Positions 10,601 to 22,908 of a DNA stretch of 64,000 nt are shown piece by piece. The DNA comes from Cyanophyceae cyanobacterium (GTDB taxonomy: Bacteria > Cyanobacteriota > Cyanobacteriia > Cyanobacteriales > Laspinemataceae), in contig JBBQFN010000004.1 of the NCBI GenBank assembly GCA_038321985.1, positions 96,001 through 160,000 on the forward strand. The letters run 5' to 3'. The position numbers and the translations under genes were made by a program. Below the pieces are notes generated by a model that did not search any database, was not told the origin of the DNA, and worked only from the letters and a program-made list of their open reading frames with translations. Position 1 is the stretch's first letter. Each line of letters begins with the position of its first letter.

Positions 10601-10925
10601 TTTGGGCTTTAAGATTATTGCCACTGATGGCACTCGCAAGGTCCTCCAAGAACAGGGTTTAGAGAATGTGGAACTGGTGTTCAAGGTCCATGAAGGTCGT
10701 CCCCACGTCATTGACTGGATTAAGAATGAGCAGATCCAGTTCATTATTAATACGCCGACCGGGGAAGAGTCCCAAACTGATGCGCGGATGATTCGCCGGA
10801 TGGCGTTGGACTATCAACTGCCCATTATCACGACGATCGCCGGTGCAAAGGCAACGGTGGCAGCGATTCGCGCCATCAAAGCTGAACCTTTAGGGGTGAA
10901 GGCGATTCAGGATTACATCCATTAA
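7665..10925 (+). CDS. carB: Carbamoyl-phosphate synthase large subunit
   Basis: [30 protein letters not shown], duplicated ATP-grasp halves, MGS-like C-terminus. Confidence 0.98.
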   Translation: MPRRNDLHKILIIGSGPIVIGQACEFDYSGTQACKALREEGYEVVLVNSNPATIMTDPETADRTYIEPLIPEVLEKVIAKERPDALLPTMGGQTALNLAVTLAKSGVLDKYGVELIGAKLEAIEKAEDRLLFKEAMARIGVATCPSGIATTLEEAKAVGLQIGSYPLIIRPAYTLGGTGGGISYNQKEFEIMAAGGIDASPVSQILIEQSLLGWKEYELEVMRDLADNVVIICSIENIDPMGIHTGDSITVAPAQTLTDKEYQRLRDASIAIIREIGVETGGSNIQFAINPVNGDLVVIEMNPRVSRSSALASKATGFAIAKFAAKLAVGYTLDEIPNDITRKTPASFEPTIDYVVTKIPRFAFEKFAGSEPTLTTQMKSVGEAMAIGRTFNESFQKAMRSMETGRSGWGCDRQEVLPSLEQIRSGLRTPNPDRIFTVRHAMLMGMTVEEIYELTCIDPWFLDKLQELLETEKFLKRSQLEDLTKEQLYAVKRQGFSDCQIAFATKTHEDKVRAYRVGLGVKPVYKLVDTCAAEFEALTPYYYSTYEEESEQTVSTKRKVMILGGGPNRIGQGIEFDYCCCHASYALREEGCETIMVNSNPETVSTDYDTSDRLYFEPLTKEDVLNIIEVENPEGVIIQFGGQTPLKLALPLYEALMAQGPDRLLPQEVTTQIWGTSPDSIDIAEDRERFEKILWELDIKQPANGIARNYQDALAIAQKVGYPVVVRPSYVLGGRAMEIVYSDADLERYMKFAVEVEPDRPILIDKFLENAIEVDVDALADATGQVVIGGIMEHIEQAGIHSGDSACSIPYISLKPEALATIREWTVKLAQKLKVIGLMNIQYAVQGEQVYILEANPRASRTVPFVSKAIGVPLAKMASLIMSGKTLKSLNFTEEKIPQHIAVKEVVLPFNKFPGSDTLLGPEMRSTGEVMGIDTDFGKAFAKAELGAGVRLALKGTVFVSMNNRDKPLVVSVIKEFMDLGFKIIATDGTRKVLQEQGLENVELVFKVHEGRPHVIDWIKNEQIQFIINTPTGEESQTDARMIRRMALDYQLPIITTIAGAKATVAAIRAIKAEPLGVKAIQDYIH

Positions 10926-10989
10926 GTTTTGAAAGGGCGGCTGCATTGGGGTTGATCACTCCCTTTGGTGCAACGATCCTGAATTTTCT

Positions 10990-11027
10990 AAGGGGGCGAA
11001 CTATGTTACCGATAGTTCGCCCCCTTT
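10990..11027 (+). terminator. Hairpin terminator after carB
   Basis: 15-bp stem AAGGGGGCGAACTAT / ATAGTTCGCCCCCTT. Confidence 0.7.
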
Positions 11028-11274
11028 CTAATGGGTCTGTCCTGAAATAGGGTTAAGACTTACCCAACTACCGACCTGGGAAGGGACAGGATGAGGTTTT
11101 TTTAGACAACGGGTCAAAATAACTCTATAAAATACAGATTTTTCTCCCTATTTTCTTCATTTTGTTTTCCAGGATGCATTCTAAAATTTATTTCCTGGGT
11201 AATCTCTATATAACCTGGGGCTGCATCTTTCAGGACCGGCGGAGGTGAACCTGTGCGTCAGGACTAGACATTTC

Positions 11275-11292
11275 GTTAAGAAATGTTACAAT
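11275..11292 (+). promoter_or_regulatory. HLR1 (RpaB-binding) direct repeat upstream of sigD
   Basis: GTTAAGAA-AT-GTTACAAT matches (G/T)TTACA(T/A)(T/A)-N2-repeat; sigD/rpoD3 orthologs are known RpaB targets. Confidence 0.6.
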
Positions 11293-11658
11293 TTATCATA
11301 TACGACGTTCGAGCTTAAGAAATTTTATGACAACCATGACATTCATACTTGGGGCAATGATTTTGGGAATCCTGTATTTAAGAAGAACAGCGATCGCCTT
11401 ATCTTCGGAATACCAGCTAGAACGGGTTCCGGTTCGGGTTCCAAGCCGTCAGAAGTAAGCAATAGCTGTCAGGGAGAGACTGGCATTCCCAATCCTCCCT
11501 GATTGCATCAGATGTGGCTATCCCCATCAACATACGCCGGAGGTTACCCTAGGGCGAGATGCCTCCGGTAGGCGACTCGAAAGGGCCAACGCAGATGGAG
11601 AGTCAAGGATACAAGCCACTAATTCAAAACGTTACCCATTGAGTGAAGAAGAAGCGCC

Positions 11659-12615
11659 ATGAAGACTGCTCAAACTTCTACAGACTTAGTTCGCACTTAC
11701 CTGCGAGAAATTGGCCGAGTTCCCCTGCTGACTCACGAGCAGGAGATCATATTGGGTAAGCAGGTTCAGCACTTGAGCTTGTTGCAAGAGATTAAAGATA
11801 CCCTCACCGAACAGTTCGGTCACGAGCCGACAGATGTAGAATGGGCGCAAGCGGTAGGGGTGTCGTTAACTGAGTTACAACAGGCGATCGAGCAAGGTGA
11901 AGCAGCCAAGCGCAAGATGGTGGAAGCTAACTTGCGACTGGTAGTATCGGTTGCTAAAAAGTATATTAAACGCAATGTCGATTTACTTGACTTAATTCAA
12001 GAAGGAACCATCGGAATGCAGCGGGGAGTTGAGAAATTCGACCCTACCAAAGGATACCGATTTTCGACTTACGCCTATTGGTGGATCCGTCAAGCGATTA
12101 CCCGGGCGATCGCTGAGAAGGGCCGCACGATTCGTCTCCCCATTCACATTACTGAAAAACTTAACAAAATTAAGAAAGCATCTCGGGAGTTGTCTCAGCA
12201 ACTGGGACGTACTGCCACCATTGGCGAGTTAGCAACAGAGTTAGAACTAACCCCGAAGCAAATTCGGGAGTATATGGAACGAGCAAGACATCCCCTCTCG
12301 CTGGATTTGCGGGTTGGGGATAACCATGATACAGAACTGAGTGAGTTGTTGGAGGATACCGGACCCTCTCCGGAAGATTTTGCAACTCATTCAGCGATGC
12401 GATCGGATCTAGAAAAATTGATGTCGGAGTTAACACCGCAGCAACGGGAAGTGATTGCCTTACGCTTTGGATTAGAAGACGGACAGGCGATGACCCTCTC
12501 TAAAATCGGCGATCGGCTCAATATTAGTCGTGAGCGCGTCCGCCAAATTGAACGGGAAGCCCTCACTAAACTCCGCAAGCGCAAGGCGGATATGAATGAA
12601 TATGTCGCCAGCTAA
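11659..12615 (+). CDS. sigD: Group 2 RNA polymerase sigma factor, SigD-like
   Basis: Short N-terminus, [60 protein letters not shown]; closely matches SigD as recalled. Confidence 0.85.
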   Translation: MKTAQTSTDLVRTYLREIGRVPLLTHEQEIILGKQVQHLSLLQEIKDTLTEQFGHEPTDVEWAQAVGVSLTELQQAIEQGEAAKRKMVEANLRLVVSVAKKYIKRNVDLLDLIQEGTIGMQRGVEKFDPTKGYRFSTYAYWWIRQAITRAIAEKGRTIRLPIHITEKLNKIKKASRELSQQLGRTATIGELATELELTPKQIREYMERARHPLSLDLRVGDNHDTELSELLEDTGPSPEDFATHSAMRSDLEKLMSELTPQQREVIALRFGLEDGQAMTLSKIGDRLNISRERVRQIEREALTKLRKRKADMNEYVAS

Positions 12616-12643
12616 TCGGGTTTTTGTCCGGTTGCGTTGAGTG

Positions 12644-12678
12644 AGATGCCTCTTCTTGGTGGGAGGCATCTTTTTTTT
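12644..12678 (+). terminator. Intrinsic terminator of sigD
   Basis: AGATGCCTC...GAGGCATCT followed by a T-run. Confidence 0.8.
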
Positions 12679-12698
12679 GAGGATTGGGGATGGGGAGG

Positions 12699-12735
12699 AA
12701 CCACTGATTTCACGGATTTTCACGGAGACAAAGAT
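12699..12735 (+). repeat. 37-bp direct repeat, copy 1 (downstream of the Uma2 gene)
   Basis: AACCACTGATTTCACGGATTTTCACGGAGACAAAGAT; 35/37 identical to 13356-13392. Confidence 0.9.
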
Positions 12736-12757
12736 AAGAAATCAAATACTTCCCACT

Positions 12758-13333
12758 TTAAAACATCGGCAAGTTTAAGGTGAATCCCGGTAAGACGTTT
12801 TCTCCGGATAAAAGGGTGGGAAGTGGGACGGTTTCGACTTGTTGAGTGGGGCGATAAATTTCGACTTGTTGAGTTTGGGGATTAATCAGCCAGCCTAATT
12901 TTAGGCCACTATTAAGATATTCCTGCATTTTGTCTTGAAGTAGGTTTAAAGGGTCGGTCCGAGACCTGAGTTCTATGACAAAATCAGGACAGAGGGGGAC
13001 AAATTTTTCCTGTTGTTCTCGGGTGAGAGATTCCCAGCGTGCATTCTCCACCCAAGCGACATCGGGGGACCTTTTACCTCCCTGGGGTAAGATGAATATT
13101 GTGGATGAACTAAATACTTTTCCCAGTTGAGTTTGACGGTTCCATATCACGACATTGGCGTTCAAATCCGACTCTCGGTTGCCGCTGATTCCTCCCACTG
13201 GCGGCATGATGATTAATTCTCCTTGGGCTGTTTCTTCTAGTCGCCAATTTTCATTGATTTGGCAGAGTTGATAAAATTGGTCGTCGCTTAGGTTGACGGT
13301 TTTTAGGTTTAAGACAATGGGTTCTGAAATCAT
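12758..13333 (-). CDS. Uma2 family putative endonuclease (DUF820, PD-(D/E)XK fold)
   Basis: E...GELIIMPP, RSPDVAWV, PDFVIELRS, KMQEYL..G..LGWLINP, LSGENVLPGF motifs. Annotated start is TTG. Confidence 0.92.
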   Translation of the reverse strand: MISEPIVLNLKTVNLSDDQFYQLCQINENWRLEETAQGELIIMPPVGGISGNRESDLNANVVIWNRQTQLGKVFSSSTIFILPQGGKRSPDVAWVENARWESLTREQQEKFVPLCPDFVIELRSRTDPLNLLQDKMQEYLNSGLKLGWLINPQTQQVEIYRPTQQVETVPLPTLLSGENVLPGFTLNLPMF

Positions 13334-13355
13334 TTGAATTTATCCTGATGTTTTT

Positions 13356-13392
13356 AACCACTGATTTCACCGATTTTCACGGAGACACAGAT
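13356..13392 (+). repeat. 37-bp direct repeat, copy 2 (upstream of the Uma2 gene)
   Basis: AACCACTGATTTCACCGATTTTCACGGAGACACAGAT. Confidence 0.9.
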
Positions 13393-13600
13393 TTTGGTGC
13401 TAAAAAAGATGGGAGAATATGTTGACAAGAGGGGTTGACTTTGATAAATTTATATTTATAATGGGAGGCTTTGCTTAAATATTATTAGCGTCAATATTCC
13501 TATAATGAATATAATACGGCACAAGGTCAAGAAAGGCAATACCCCTCACCTATCTTTTTTTGCCGCGCTAATTAAGGAAGGAAAGTTAAGGTTTGATGCT

Positions 13601-15745
13601 TCATCCTACTTTTTGATGCTGACAAGCCTCAGTGATCATTGTGCGAATTTCGGTACAAAGTCTCTCGAAACTCAACCCCTGTTTTTGGAGAATGGTTTGC
13701 ACGGAGCCTTTGAGTTGCATATACTCTTCAGGGGTAATATCTTTGGCGGTCATGACCACGACGGGAATCGATCGCCAGTGGGGATATTGTTTTAAGGCAT
13801 CCAAAAATTCAAAACCATCCATTTCTGGCATCATTAAATCCAGTAAAATCAAATCCGGAGGATGAGCGGCGATCGCCTCTAACCCCCGATGACCATTTTT
13901 TGCCATAAAGGTTTTCCAGCCGTAGTTCTCTAGAACTCGCTGGAGGAGTTCCCGAGTAGCGGGATCGTCCTCTACAACTAGAATGGATTCTACAGGAGCC
14001 CTGTCAAAAGAGGATTCTGGGTGAGGCTGCTGATATTTATGCAACAGTGCAATCAAACGATGACGATCAATGGGTTTGGTCATGTAGTCCGAGGCTCCTA
14101 AGGCCATTCCCATCGTTTTGTTATCCATCATTGTGAGGACGATTGTAGGAATATCGGCGAGTTCCGGGTCAGCTTTGAGGGCGCACAGAACCGACCATCC
14201 ATCTTGATGAGGCATCATCACATCGAGGGTAATGGCATCGGGGTGCAGTTCCTTCGCCAATTCCAATCCCCGATCGCCCGATGAGGCGACTGCCACCCCC
14301 CAGCCTTCTTTGCTTAAAAACCGCTGCATCAGTTCATGAACCGTAGGGTCATCATCAATCACCAATACCGTTTTCCCGGCATTTGGAAGTATATCTGCCT
14401 CCGCGATCGCGGATGCCTCCTGTTCCACCGTAGAGAGTGCCTTAACTTGGGCGGGGAGGAGCATAGTAAAGCTCGACCCTTGGCCCTCCCGACTGGTAGC
14501 AGTAATATCACCCCCCATCATTTCGCAGAATTTCTTGGCGATCGCCAACCCGAGCCCAGTCCCGCCATACTTGCGAGTAGTGGATGCATCGCCTTGACTA
14601 AATGCCTCAAATAACCGCTGGATTTGCTCAGGTTTCATGCCAATTCCTGTATCACTGACTTTAAAGCAAATCCAATCGGAATCGGCATGGGGGAATTGAG
14701 TTGTTAGATAATTTGGCTTTGGAGGTTGGGTAAGGAGTTCCCAGGGTACTCTATTTGATGAATCTGGAGAGGGTGGGTTGGGGATTCGGGTAACTTCCAG
14801 GGAGATCGTACCCCCTTCGGTAAATTTGGCCGAATTGGAGAGGAGGTTAAATAAATTTTGTCTGACTTTGGTCAAGTCAGCCCACATTGAGCCGAGTTTT
14901 GGCGCAAGTCGAATGGCGATCGCATTGTTATTTTTTTCAATCAGCGGTTCGATGGTACTGACCACTTCCTGAAGTGTTGCCTCAATATCGAAAGGTTCTA
15001 GGTACAGTTCCATACGACCTGCTTCAATTTTGGATAGGTCGAGGATATCGTTGATAATCCCGAGTAAATGCTTCCCGGCACCGTAGATTTTTTGAAGATC
15101 TAGGCTCAAATCCTCTTGTCCCAGGTCTTCAGCATCTTCCTTTAACATTTCGCTGTAACCGAGGATGGCGTTAAGCGGGGTCCGCAGTTCATGGCTCATA
15201 TTAGCTAAAAATTGACTTTTAGCACGGTTTGCTGCGATCGCCGCATCTTTTTTCTCTTCAATCGTTTTATTCGCCAGTTGAAACAAGCGAGAGTGAGCGA
15301 CTAACAGAATCTGCAAATCTAAACACCATAATTGGCCGTTTGGGAGGACAATGGCGATCGGTTCATACGCTTGATTAGGGTCACGAGCCAGGGCTATATC
15401 AACCGCTTCATGAATTTTACAGCGTCCGGGGAGATGGAGAGTGGGGGAATAGATACCGGATTTTTTTTCGACCTCTTGGATGGTGTTCCATAGGACCAAT
15501 ATCGGACGTTTGAGATAAGTTTCTAAGCCGTAGGGACGACTCAGCCATTCAAAAAATTTCCGTCGGGAAATGATTCCCAGGGGTTGTTCATCGCTGACAA
15601 TCATCACGCCGGGTAAATCCGGGTGAGTTTGAAATGCTTTTTTGACTTCCTGTCCCAAGGTAGAGACGGGGACTTGAACATCATGGGAGGGTAAATCGGC
15701 TAAAGTTGAATCGAGGGTAAGCCGGTTCTGTTCCGGGTAAAGCAC
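13601..15745 (-). CDS. Hybrid histidine kinase (CBS-like N-terminus, HisKA, HATPase, two receiver domains)
   Basis: [38 protein letters not shown]; two REC domains ([20 protein letters not shown]). Confidence 0.9.
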   Translation of the reverse strand: MLYPEQNRLTLDSTLADLPSHDVQVPVSTLGQEVKKAFQTHPDLPGVMIVSDEQPLGIISRRKFFEWLSRPYGLETYLKRPILVLWNTIQEVEKKSGIYSPTLHLPGRCKIHEAVDIALARDPNQAYEPIAIVLPNGQLWCLDLQILLVAHSRLFQLANKTIEEKKDAAIAANRAKSQFLANMSHELRTPLNAILGYSEMLKEDAEDLGQEDLSLDLQKIYGAGKHLLGIINDILDLSKIEAGRMELYLEPFDIEATLQEVVSTIEPLIEKNNNAIAIRLAPKLGSMWADLTKVRQNLFNLLSNSAKFTEGGTISLEVTRIPNPPSPDSSNRVPWELLTQPPKPNYLTTQFPHADSDWICFKVSDTGIGMKPEQIQRLFEAFSQGDASTTRKYGGTGLGLAIAKKFCEMMGGDITATSREGQGSSFTMLLPAQVKALSTVEQEASAIAEADILPNAGKTVLVIDDDPTVHELMQRFLSKEGWGVAVASSGDRGLELAKELHPDAITLDVMMPHQDGWSVLCALKADPELADIPTIVLTMMDNKTMGMALGASDYMTKPIDRHRLIALLHKYQQPHPESSFDRAPVESILVVEDDPATRELLQRVLENYGWKTFMAKNGHRGLEAIAAHPPDLILLDLMMPEMDGFEFLDALKQYPHWRSIPVVVMTAKDITPEEYMQLKGSVQTILQKQGLSFERLCTEIRTMITEACQHQKVG

Positions 15746-16104
15746 AATCGCATTCCTCCCTATACTGACTTTGGAAAAAAGCCGCCGTTCTCACCCCTTA
15801 TTCCCCGGGTTGCCATCGGGAGGAGAGGGATTTTTAGGCCCGGGGAAAGGTCCGACTGCCTCAGAATAGCTGGACCCAGAGAAGCACTGGACACATCTCC
15901 TTGGGGAGACCGGGAAATCCCGAGGCCGCATCGAGTGACCCTTGGCTGCCGGTGGGAAGTCTTCTGGGGAGGATGTGCTATACTCTGACTTTGTTGTGTT
16001 AACCCAAACTCTGTTTTAAACCCTAACATCTTTCTCTCCCGAAATAGCATCGAACAAATGCCCTGAATCGTGACCTAACTTTGGTTTTCTGTGACTTCTG
16101 AAGG

Positions 16105-18942
16105 TTAGCCTCGAAGCTGAAGGCGGTAGGGTAGGCGGACTGTAAATATTGAGCCGGATCCGATTTGACTTTCTACCGCGATCGCCCCGCCCATCATCTC
16201 ACAGAATCTCTGACCGATCGCCAGCCCTAGGCCAGTTCCCCCATACTTGCGGGTTGTACTCGGGTCGGCCTGAGTAAAGGCATTGAAAATCTGCTGGATC
16301 TGTTCTGAGGTCATGCCAATTCCGGTATCAATCACCCGAAATTCAATCCCGTCCAGGGAAGAATTCGGGGAAATTTCCCGATTCGAGATCGGTCTCACTT
16401 CTAAGCTAATTTTCCCATTTTCGGTGAACTTAGTCGCGTTGCTTAATAAGTTTAACAGCACTTGCCGAACTTTGTTTAAATCGGAATGCATTTGTCCTAG
16501 ATTCGGTGGACAGCTAACCTGAAGGGTATTTCCATTTTTTTGGACTAAGGGGTGAATAGTGGCTACCACGGAGTTGATCACCTGGTTTATCTCGAAGGTT
16601 TCCAGGTAAATTTCCATTTTACCCGCTTCAATTTTGGAAAGGTCCAGGATATCGCTAATTAGGGTTAAAAGATGCTTCCCGGCGAACTGAATTTTTTTGA
16701 GGTCCGGAATAAAATCAACGATACCCACCTCTTCGGCTTCTTCTTCCAGGATTTCACTATAACCGACGATCGCATTGAGTGGAGTCCGCAGTTCGTGGCT
16801 CATATTTGCTAAAAACATACTTTTAGCTTCGTTGGCCGCTTCAGCCGCTTCTTTGGCCTGATGTAACATGATTTCAGTTTGTTTGCGGCTGGTAATATCT
16901 CGGACGATGACGATAGTTTGATTTTTCAGCAGGGGCAGGAGGCGTGCTTCAAAATACTGTCGGTGATCGCTAATTTGTAAGGAGTATTCTCGATAGACTA
17001 AATTGTGCTTTTCTTTAACTTCATTTAGAGCTTCTGTAAAGGTTTGACTGACATTTGAGGGAAGAACTTCATTAATTTTACGCCCTAGAAATTGTTCCGG
17101 TGGCAGATAAAGGTCCGATACTTTTCCAGCTTGATAATCTAAAATTGTGGCATCGTTAGCGAGCTTAAAGTATAAATCCGGAAGGGCTTTAAAAATAGCT
17201 TGTAATTCGGAGGTGGTATGGTATAATTTTTCTTCATACTGTTTGCGCTCAGTGATATCCCGGGTGATAGAGACTACACAGGGAACTCCCTCTAAGACAA
17301 TGGATTCGCCACAGAATAGGCCAACTCGAATTTCCCCCGACTTCATGCGAAAGTGAATTTCGCGATCAATGACGCGACTGGAGCTTTGTAATTCTTGAAT
17401 GCAGACCCTTTGTTCAGCTTCATAGACCCAAATATTCAGATCCAGGGAGTTTTTGCCGATGACTTCAGCCCACTCAAAGCCGGACATTTCTAAAAAGCAA
17501 TCATTAACTTCAATATAGCGCCCTTCCCCTAGAGTGGTAATAGCGATCGCATCAGGACTGGCACGAAAGGCTTTAGAAAACTTTTCTTGGGAGACGCGCA
17601 GGGCTTCGCGAGCCCGTCGGCGATCAGTAATATCAGTTTGGGACCCGGCGAACCGATATGGGTTGCCCTCTGCATCCCGGACTGCCATCCCCCGTACCAG
17701 CATCCAGAGATAGAACCCATCTTGATGCAAGATCCGATATTCTGTTTGTAGGTGAGGGCTATCTCCTTGTAAGTGGGCTTCGATTTCTGCTTCCACTCGC
17801 TCCAAGTCATCGGGATGAATGCGGCTGAACCACACATCGGGATTTGAGCCAAGTTCGCCGGATTGACAACCGATCGCCGCCTTCCACCGAGGAGAAAAAT
17901 AAATTTCTTGGGTATTCAAATCCCAGTCCCAGATGCCATCATTTGCACCAGCAACGGTGATCGCATAGCGTTCCTGACTCTTCTGGAGGGCAGAGGTAGC
18001 GCGTTCGACGGCTAACTCCATTTCCCCCGGTTCTCGCACCCAGATAAAGGTACACAATCCACAAGAAAAGGCTAAAAAGCCACCGAGAGAGTATAACCAG
18101 CCGATGGGTGTATTCATGGGCCATCCGCCCAAGGGGATGGCGGCCATTTGCCAGGACCCGTTCGGTAAGGAGACATCCTGGACAACGGGGTTGCGGTCAA
18201 ACAGGGCTGGATCTCCGAAAAATACCGCCCCCTCGGACCCTAAACCATCTTGTCCGCGAATGGCGTACTCCAGAGGAATGGGGCTGGGAACAGGAGAACC
18301 CCTCAGCCTGGTGCTCCTCCCCGGAGGTTTGGCGATCGCGTTTGGGGGAGGAAGGAGTTTAGCATCGGTAAATAGCACCTCGGGTTGAATCACGATCGCA
18401 ACCAGACCCCAGTAAGCCCCATGATTAGCCGTATTCGGGGAATTTAGAAAAATGGGGGTACGGCTGACTAAGGCCGAACCTCCCTGAACTAAGGCCGTTG
18501 GACCTGCGACAACGGTACTTTTGCTATTGATGGTTTGTTGGACAATTTTCTGAGAAGGGGGATATTCCAGAAGGTTAAGACCCAGTGCACTTTCATGACC
18601 CTGTAGCGGATAAAGATGACTGAGAATATTATTTTTGGCAAGCTGAATATTCAGGATGCCCGTTTGTTGGGAGACCATGACTTGTGCAAGGCGCTCAAAT
18701 TGCTGAGGATCAACATCGGGATGATTAGAAACATAAGCAACCAGACCCCGAGTAATAAACAGTCGGGAGTTTAACGCGCTTTCGAGTTTAGCTCGTTTGG
18801 TACTGAGTTGGAGTAAGACATCGGAGCGAATTTTCTGGCGGTTTGCCTCGGTTTCAGACTTAGCCAGCGCCCAAACTCCGACTATAACTAAGCTAGCCGA
18901 ACATAAAGCCGCAATGTAAGGTGACAATCGCGATCGCATCAC
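16105..18942 (-). CDS. Membrane sensor histidine kinase (CHASE domain, three PAS domains, HisKA, HATPase)
   Basis: N-terminal TM segment, CHASE-like region (YPL.G.E.ALGLNLL, VAGP..LVQGG..L..R.PIF), second TM, PAS/PAC motifs ([20 protein letters not shown]), H-box. Confidence 0.9.
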   Translation of the reverse strand: MMRSRLSPYIAALCSASLVIVGVWALAKSETEANRQKIRSDVLLQLSTKRAKLESALNSRLFITRGLVAYVSNHPDVDPQQFERLAQVMVSQQTGILNIQLAKNNILSHLYPLQGHESALGLNLLEYPPSQKIVQQTINSKSTVVAGPTALVQGGSALVSRTPIFLNSPNTANHGAYWGLVAIVIQPEVLFTDAKLLPPPNAIAKPPGRSTRLRGSPVPSPIPLEYAIRGQDGLGSEGAVFFGDPALFDRNPVVQDVSLPNGSWQMAAIPLGGWPMNTPIGWLYSLGGFLAFSCGLCTFIWVREPGEMELAVERATSALQKSQERYAITVAGANDGIWDWDLNTQEIYFSPRWKAAIGCQSGELGSNPDVWFSRIHPDDLERVEAEIEAHLQGDSPHLQTEYRILHQDGFYLWMLVRGMAVRDAEGNPYRFAGSQTDITDRRRAREALRVSQEKFSKAFRASPDAIAITTLGEGRYIEVNDCFLEMSGFEWAEVIGKNSLDLNIWVYEAEQRVCIQELQSSSRVIDREIHFRMKSGEIRVGLFCGESIVLEGVPCVVSITRDITERKQYEEKLYHTTSELQAIFKALPDLYFKLANDATILDYQAGKVSDLYLPPEQFLGRKINEVLPSNVSQTFTEALNEVKEKHNLVYREYSLQISDHRQYFEARLLPLLKNQTIVIVRDITSRKQTEIMLHQAKEAAEAANEAKSMFLANMSHELRTPLNAIVGYSEILEEEAEEVGIVDFIPDLKKIQFAGKHLLTLISDILDLSKIEAGKMEIYLETFEINQVINSVVATIHPLVQKNGNTLQVSCPPNLGQMHSDLNKVRQVLLNLLSNATKFTENGKISLEVRPISNREISPNSSLDGIEFRVIDTGIGMTSEQIQQIFNAFTQADPSTTRKYGGTGLGLAIGQRFCEMMGGAIAVESQIGSGSIFTVRLPYRLQLRG

Positions 18943-18998
18943 TCTCTCATATATATATATTTAATTACCTGCAAGCTATGGATATGTTAATAAAGCAA

Positions 18999-19105
18999 TA
19001 TAGCGGTTTTTGGTCTCGTGAAATCCGGACGATCCCCCTAAATCCCCCTTCAAAAGGGGGACTTTGACCCCCAACCCGAACCTCAATAGCTTAAGAAACG
19101 CTATA
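18999..19105. mobile_element. 107-bp MITE-like element A1 (TA-flanked)
   Basis: TATAGCGGTTT...AAACGCTATA ends; internal hairpin CCCCCTT-CAA-AAGGGGG; inverted copy at 29388-29494 (104/107 identical). Confidence 0.75.
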
Positions 19106-19270
19106 TACCAGTTTTCACATTCATGAGGTACGTCTATTCGATGTCCCTTAGCCCCCCTTTTCACCCCTGGCTTGTCCCACATCCTAGGGAACAAGATGCA
19201 AGTGAACTCTGTGCCGGATCCGCTAACGTACGCCCCCAAAATGTACCTCATAACGGGAGGAACCGCTCTA
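19104..19270. mobile_element. 167-bp MITE-like element B sharing a TA with A1
   Basis: Left end TATACCAGTTTTCACATTCATGAGGTAC; right end (reverse complement) TAGAGCGGTTCCTCCCGTTATGAGGTAC. Confidence 0.6.
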
Positions 19271-19567
19271 GCTGATAGATTGGAGACCGCCTATAACTGA
19301 GCCTTGTTTCCTCCCTGATGCATCAGGATGGATCTCGATACTAGAGAGTTGGGCATTGTTAAGGGGGAAAAATTTTAGGGTTTCAAAGTTTTGCTTTCAT
19401 TACCTTATCCTATTTGTCCAAGTTCCCCAAGGAATTGTAGAGAGTTTGGGGGAAATAGTCTCAGGAGAATTTTAGGAAAGATTATTGAGTTTAAAAATGG
19501 TATTTAAAACTACTATTTATTGCGGAGGCTCATAATCAAATGCCTCCGCGATCGCCCGGTCATGTCT

Positions 19568-20581
19568 TTAGGGAAACAAATCCTGTCGCGGCTTAAACGT
19601 TTCCACCTGACGCAGTTTTTCGTAGAGTTCTCGTTCCTGTTCCGTAATCTCTTTCGGGACGGCAATTTGAATTTCTACGAGTTGGTCCCCCCGGTTACCA
19701 TCGCCGGTGGGGTAGCCCTTATTAGCAAGGCGCAGACGTTTGCCCGGGCCGACACCAGGGGGAAGAGTCATTTTCACTAATCCATCCAGGGTCGGGACTT
19801 CCACCGCGCCACCGAGGACCGCCTCACAGGGAGAGATGGGGAGTAGACAGGAGATATCAGTACCTTGAACATTGAAAAACCTGTGAGGGGCAACGGTAAT
19901 TTTTAAATACAAATCACCGCCATTCATACCTTGTCCACGTAGACGAATTCGCTGGCCCGTGACCATCCCAGGGGGCATCGTGACTTCCAGCGATCGCCCA
20001 TCTTCTAGGCGAATCCGTTCGCGACCCCCGGTATAAGCTTTTTCCAAGGGTAACGTCAATCGGGCTTCCACATCCCGGGGATTAGGACGCGCCGGAATGG
20101 TGTAGGCGGTTTTGCTGCTGCGGGGTTGAAACACATCGCGATCGCTGGCGGTTGCCGTTGTACCGACCCCGACTCCAGCCGTCCGCGCTTCCCGACGTCC
20201 GAGCAATTCATCTACAAAGCTGTCAAAATTGGCATATTCTGAGAAATTGCTGGAACTGCGATCGGGACTGGTTGTTTGGGCCCCCCCTGCAAAAGGGTTG
20301 CTACGACTGTTCCAAGCCGGGGGCCGGACCGCCGCCCGACCTTTAAATCCTTTCTTGCCCAAAAACCGACTAAATTCGTCGTATTGCGCCCGTTTGTTCG
20401 GGTCTGAGAGGACTTCATACGCTTCGCTGAGGTCTTTAAATTTTTCTTCAGCGGTTTTATTGCCCGGATTGAGATCCGGGTGATACTGCCTAGCCAGTCG
20501 CCGGTAGGCTTTTTTAATCGCCTCAGTGGAGGTTTCTTTCGTGACTCCGAGAATTTCGTAATAATTGCGCCAGTTCTGCAT
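19568..20581 (-). CDS. dnaJ: DnaJ class II co-chaperone (no zinc finger), partner of DnaK3
   Basis: J-domain with HPD (YHPDLNPG), C-terminal DnaJ domain, directly downstream of dnaK. Confidence 0.92.
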   Translation of the reverse strand: MQNWRNYYEILGVTKETSTEAIKKAYRRLARQYHPDLNPGNKTAEEKFKDLSEAYEVLSDPNKRAQYDEFSRFLGKKGFKGRAAVRPPAWNSRSNPFAGGAQTTSPDRSSSNFSEYANFDSFVDELLGRREARTAGVGVGTTATASDRDVFQPRSSKTAYTIPARPNPRDVEARLTLPLEKAYTGGRERIRLEDGRSLEVTMPPGMVTGQRIRLRGQGMNGGDLYLKITVAPHRFFNVQGTDISCLLPISPCEAVLGGAVEVPTLDGLVKMTLPPGVGPGKRLRLANKGYPTGDGNRGDQLVEIQIAVPKEITEQERELYEKLRQVETFKPRQDLFP

Positions 20582-20760
20582 ATCCGCGATTTTAGACGTT
20601 AGATTTTGGATTGTTATCGATTTGGGGGACAGACGACCTTGGAGTTAGGGGGGCGACTGCGGTTAGGTTGCCGCCGGATTGTGCGACGGGACCCTACCGG
20701 AACGTGCTCACCGTCACCAAAGGGCGATCGCAATCCAACATCGTTCGCGCACGCTTGATT

Positions 20761-22908
20761 TTACAGCCACTCTTCATCCTCGTCATCCCAATCTTCATCC
20801 TGGTAGGGATTATTGTAACGGCTTGGGCTACTTGTACCGGAGACTGAGGACCGCCCCCGTCGTCGGGGTCCTCGACTCTCACCGGGATAAATTTCTCGCG
20901 GTTGGGACCCTCGACTCTCGCCGGGATAAATTTCTCGCGGTTGGGCTCCTCGACTCTCGCCGGGATAAATTTCCCGCGGTTGCCGATAGGCTGTCTCAAA
21001 GAAATCATCCTTAACCGGTTCTCGTTCCGGTCGGTCTTCGGTAAAAGCACGGCGAATCGATCCGAAGATACTCTCTTCCTCTTCCGTCTCTTGAGTGCGC
21101 CGATAAATTTCCCGGTTGAGTTCGTAGACTGCATCTTGGAGGTCAGACTGGGCTATGTCTATTCCCCGTTCGTCCCCACGTTCTAAACTCTGGCGCAGGT
21201 CTCGGATGGCCGTTTCGATGCGTCCACGATGGGACGCGACAAATTGGATTCCATAATCCAAAGTAGCCTCTCGGAGTTGACGTTCGGCTTGATAAGCTAA
21301 CGCCTCAACGCGGTTGCGTTTCTCCACTCGTTCCCGGCGTTCGCGATCGACTTGGGCATATTCATCCGCTTCCTGAATCATGCGAATCACTTCGGATTCA
21401 CTGAGTGTAGATGCCCCCTGAATCACGACACTTTGCTCACGCCCGGTCATGCGGTCTAGGGCTGTCACCTGCAAAATTCCATTGGCATCTACATCAAAGG
21501 ATACTTGAATTTGGGGAACGCCCCGAGGTGCCGGAGGAATTCCGGTCAATTTAAACCGTCCGAGGGATTTATTATCGGCAACCATTTCCCGTTCCCCTTG
21601 GACGATGTGAATTTCTACCACGGTTTGATTGTTCTCCGATGTAGAAAAGATATCAGAACGCCGCACGGGAATGGTAGTGTTGCGCGGAATTAATTTTTTC
21701 ATCACCCCGCCAATGGTTTCGAGTCCCACGGAAAGCGGGGTCACGTCTAGCAGGAGGACGTCGCGGATTTCTCCAGCTAGAATACCCGCTTGGATGGCTG
21801 CACCTACGGCGACGACTTCATCGGGGTTAACGTTTTGATTCGGTTCGCGATCGATTAAGCTGCGGACCAGTTCTTTGACGAGGGGAATGCGGGTAGAACC
21901 GCCGACTAAGACGACTTCATCAATTTGGCCGGGGTTCATTCCTGCATCGGTGAATGCCCGCTTGAGGGGGATGCGAAGTCGTCGAATTAGGTCGCCACAG
22001 AGGGCTTCAAACTGCGATCGCGTTAGTTTGGTTTCTAGGTGTTTGGGTCCTTCAGCGGTGGCGGTGATAAAGGGTAAGTTCACGTCGGTGACTTGGACCC
22101 CAGAGAGTTCGATTTTGGCTTTTTCTGCTGCTTCAATCAACCGCTGCAAACTTTGGCGATCGCGTCGCAAGTCTACATCCTCAGCGGCTAAAAATTGCTC
22201 GGCCAGCCAATCTACAATTTTCTTATCAAAATCATTCCCCCCGAGTTGGGTATCCCCGGCGGTGGATTTAACCTCAAAAACTCCATCCCCGACTTCCAGG
22301 ATGGAAACGTCAAAGGTGCCACCCCCCAAGTCAAAGACGAGAATGGTTTTATAATCAAGCTGATCAAAGCCGTAGGCCAAGGAAGCCGCAGTCGGTTCAT
22401 TGATGATCCGCTTCACGTCTAACCCGGCAATACGTCCGGCGTTGCGAGTGGCCTGTCTTTGAGCATCGTTAAAATAAGCGGGAACCGTAATCACTGCACC
22501 CGTTACGGGTTCTCCCAGGTAGCGACTCGCTTCGTCTACCAGTTTTCGCAGAATCATCGCTGAGACTTCTTCAGCAGAGAAGTCTTTTTTCAGGCGAGGA
22601 CATTTGATTTTGATGTTGTCTTCTTCATCCCGTCGGATCGTGTAGGGAACTCGCTTGGAGTCCGGGGAAAGTTCGGCATAGCGGCGGCCCATAAACCGCT
22701 TCATGGCATAAAAGGTATTTTGAGGATTAAGCACGGCTTGCCGTCTTGCCATTTGGCCGACAAGCAGTTCTCCTTCTTTACTAAAACCGACCACGGAGGG
22801 AGTTGTCCGCGTTCCTTCTGCATTGGCAATCACCACCGGCTTGCCTCCCTCCATTACTGCGACCACTGAGTTTGTTGTCCCCAGGTCAATGCCGACTACT
22901 TTGCCCAT
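20761..22908 (-). CDS. dnaK: Hsp70 chaperone, cyanobacterial DnaK3 type
   Basis: GIDLGTTNS and [10 protein letters not shown] motifs; extended C-terminus ending in [12 protein letters not shown], similar to the DnaK3 tail motif; paired with dnaJ. Confidence 0.95.
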   Translation of the reverse strand: MGKVVGIDLGTTNSVVAVMEGGKPVVIANAEGTRTTPSVVGFSKEGELLVGQMARRQAVLNPQNTFYAMKRFMGRRYAELSPDSKRVPYTIRRDEEDNIKIKCPRLKKDFSAEEVSAMILRKLVDEASRYLGEPVTGAVITVPAYFNDAQRQATRNAGRIAGLDVKRIINEPTAASLAYGFDQLDYKTILVFDLGGGTFDVSILEVGDGVFEVKSTAGDTQLGGNDFDKKIVDWLAEQFLAAEDVDLRRDRQSLQRLIEAAEKAKIELSGVQVTDVNLPFITATAEGPKHLETKLTRSQFEALCGDLIRRLRIPLKRAFTDAGMNPGQIDEVVLVGGSTRIPLVKELVRSLIDREPNQNVNPDEVVAVGAAIQAGILAGEIRDVLLLDVTPLSVGLETIGGVMKKLIPRNTTIPVRRSDIFSTSENNQTVVEIHIVQGEREMVADNKSLGRFKLTGIPPAPRGVPQIQVSFDVDANGILQVTALDRMTGREQSVVIQGASTLSESEVIRMIQEADEYAQVDRERRERVEKRNRVEALAYQAERQLREATLDYGIQFVASHRGRIETAIRDLRQSLERGDERGIDIAQSDLQDAVYELNREIYRRTQETEEEESIFGSIRRAFTEDRPEREPVKDDFFETAYRQPREIYPGESRGAQPREIYPGESRGSQPREIYPGESRGPRRRGRSSVSGTSSPSRYNNPYQDEDWDDEDEEWL
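20866..20982 (-). repeat. 3 x 39-bp in-frame tandem repeat in the dnaK tail ([12 protein letters not shown][A/S/P])
   Basis: Units at 20866-20904, 20905-20943 and 20944-20982. Confidence 0.95.

Noticed and set aside
15760..16050. 96-aa ORF or riboswitch between the two kinases
   Set aside because: No protein motif or RNA-family signature recognised.
18976..19251. ORFs 18976-19251 and 29347-29628 sharing FLKLLRFG.GVKVPLLKGDLGGSSGFHETKNRYI
   Set aside because: The shared peptide is simply the translation of the 107-bp repeat.
20866..20982. Possible CRISPR-like array
   Set aside because: Contiguous in-frame coding repeats with no spacers and no cas genes. No CRISPR array was seen in the window.
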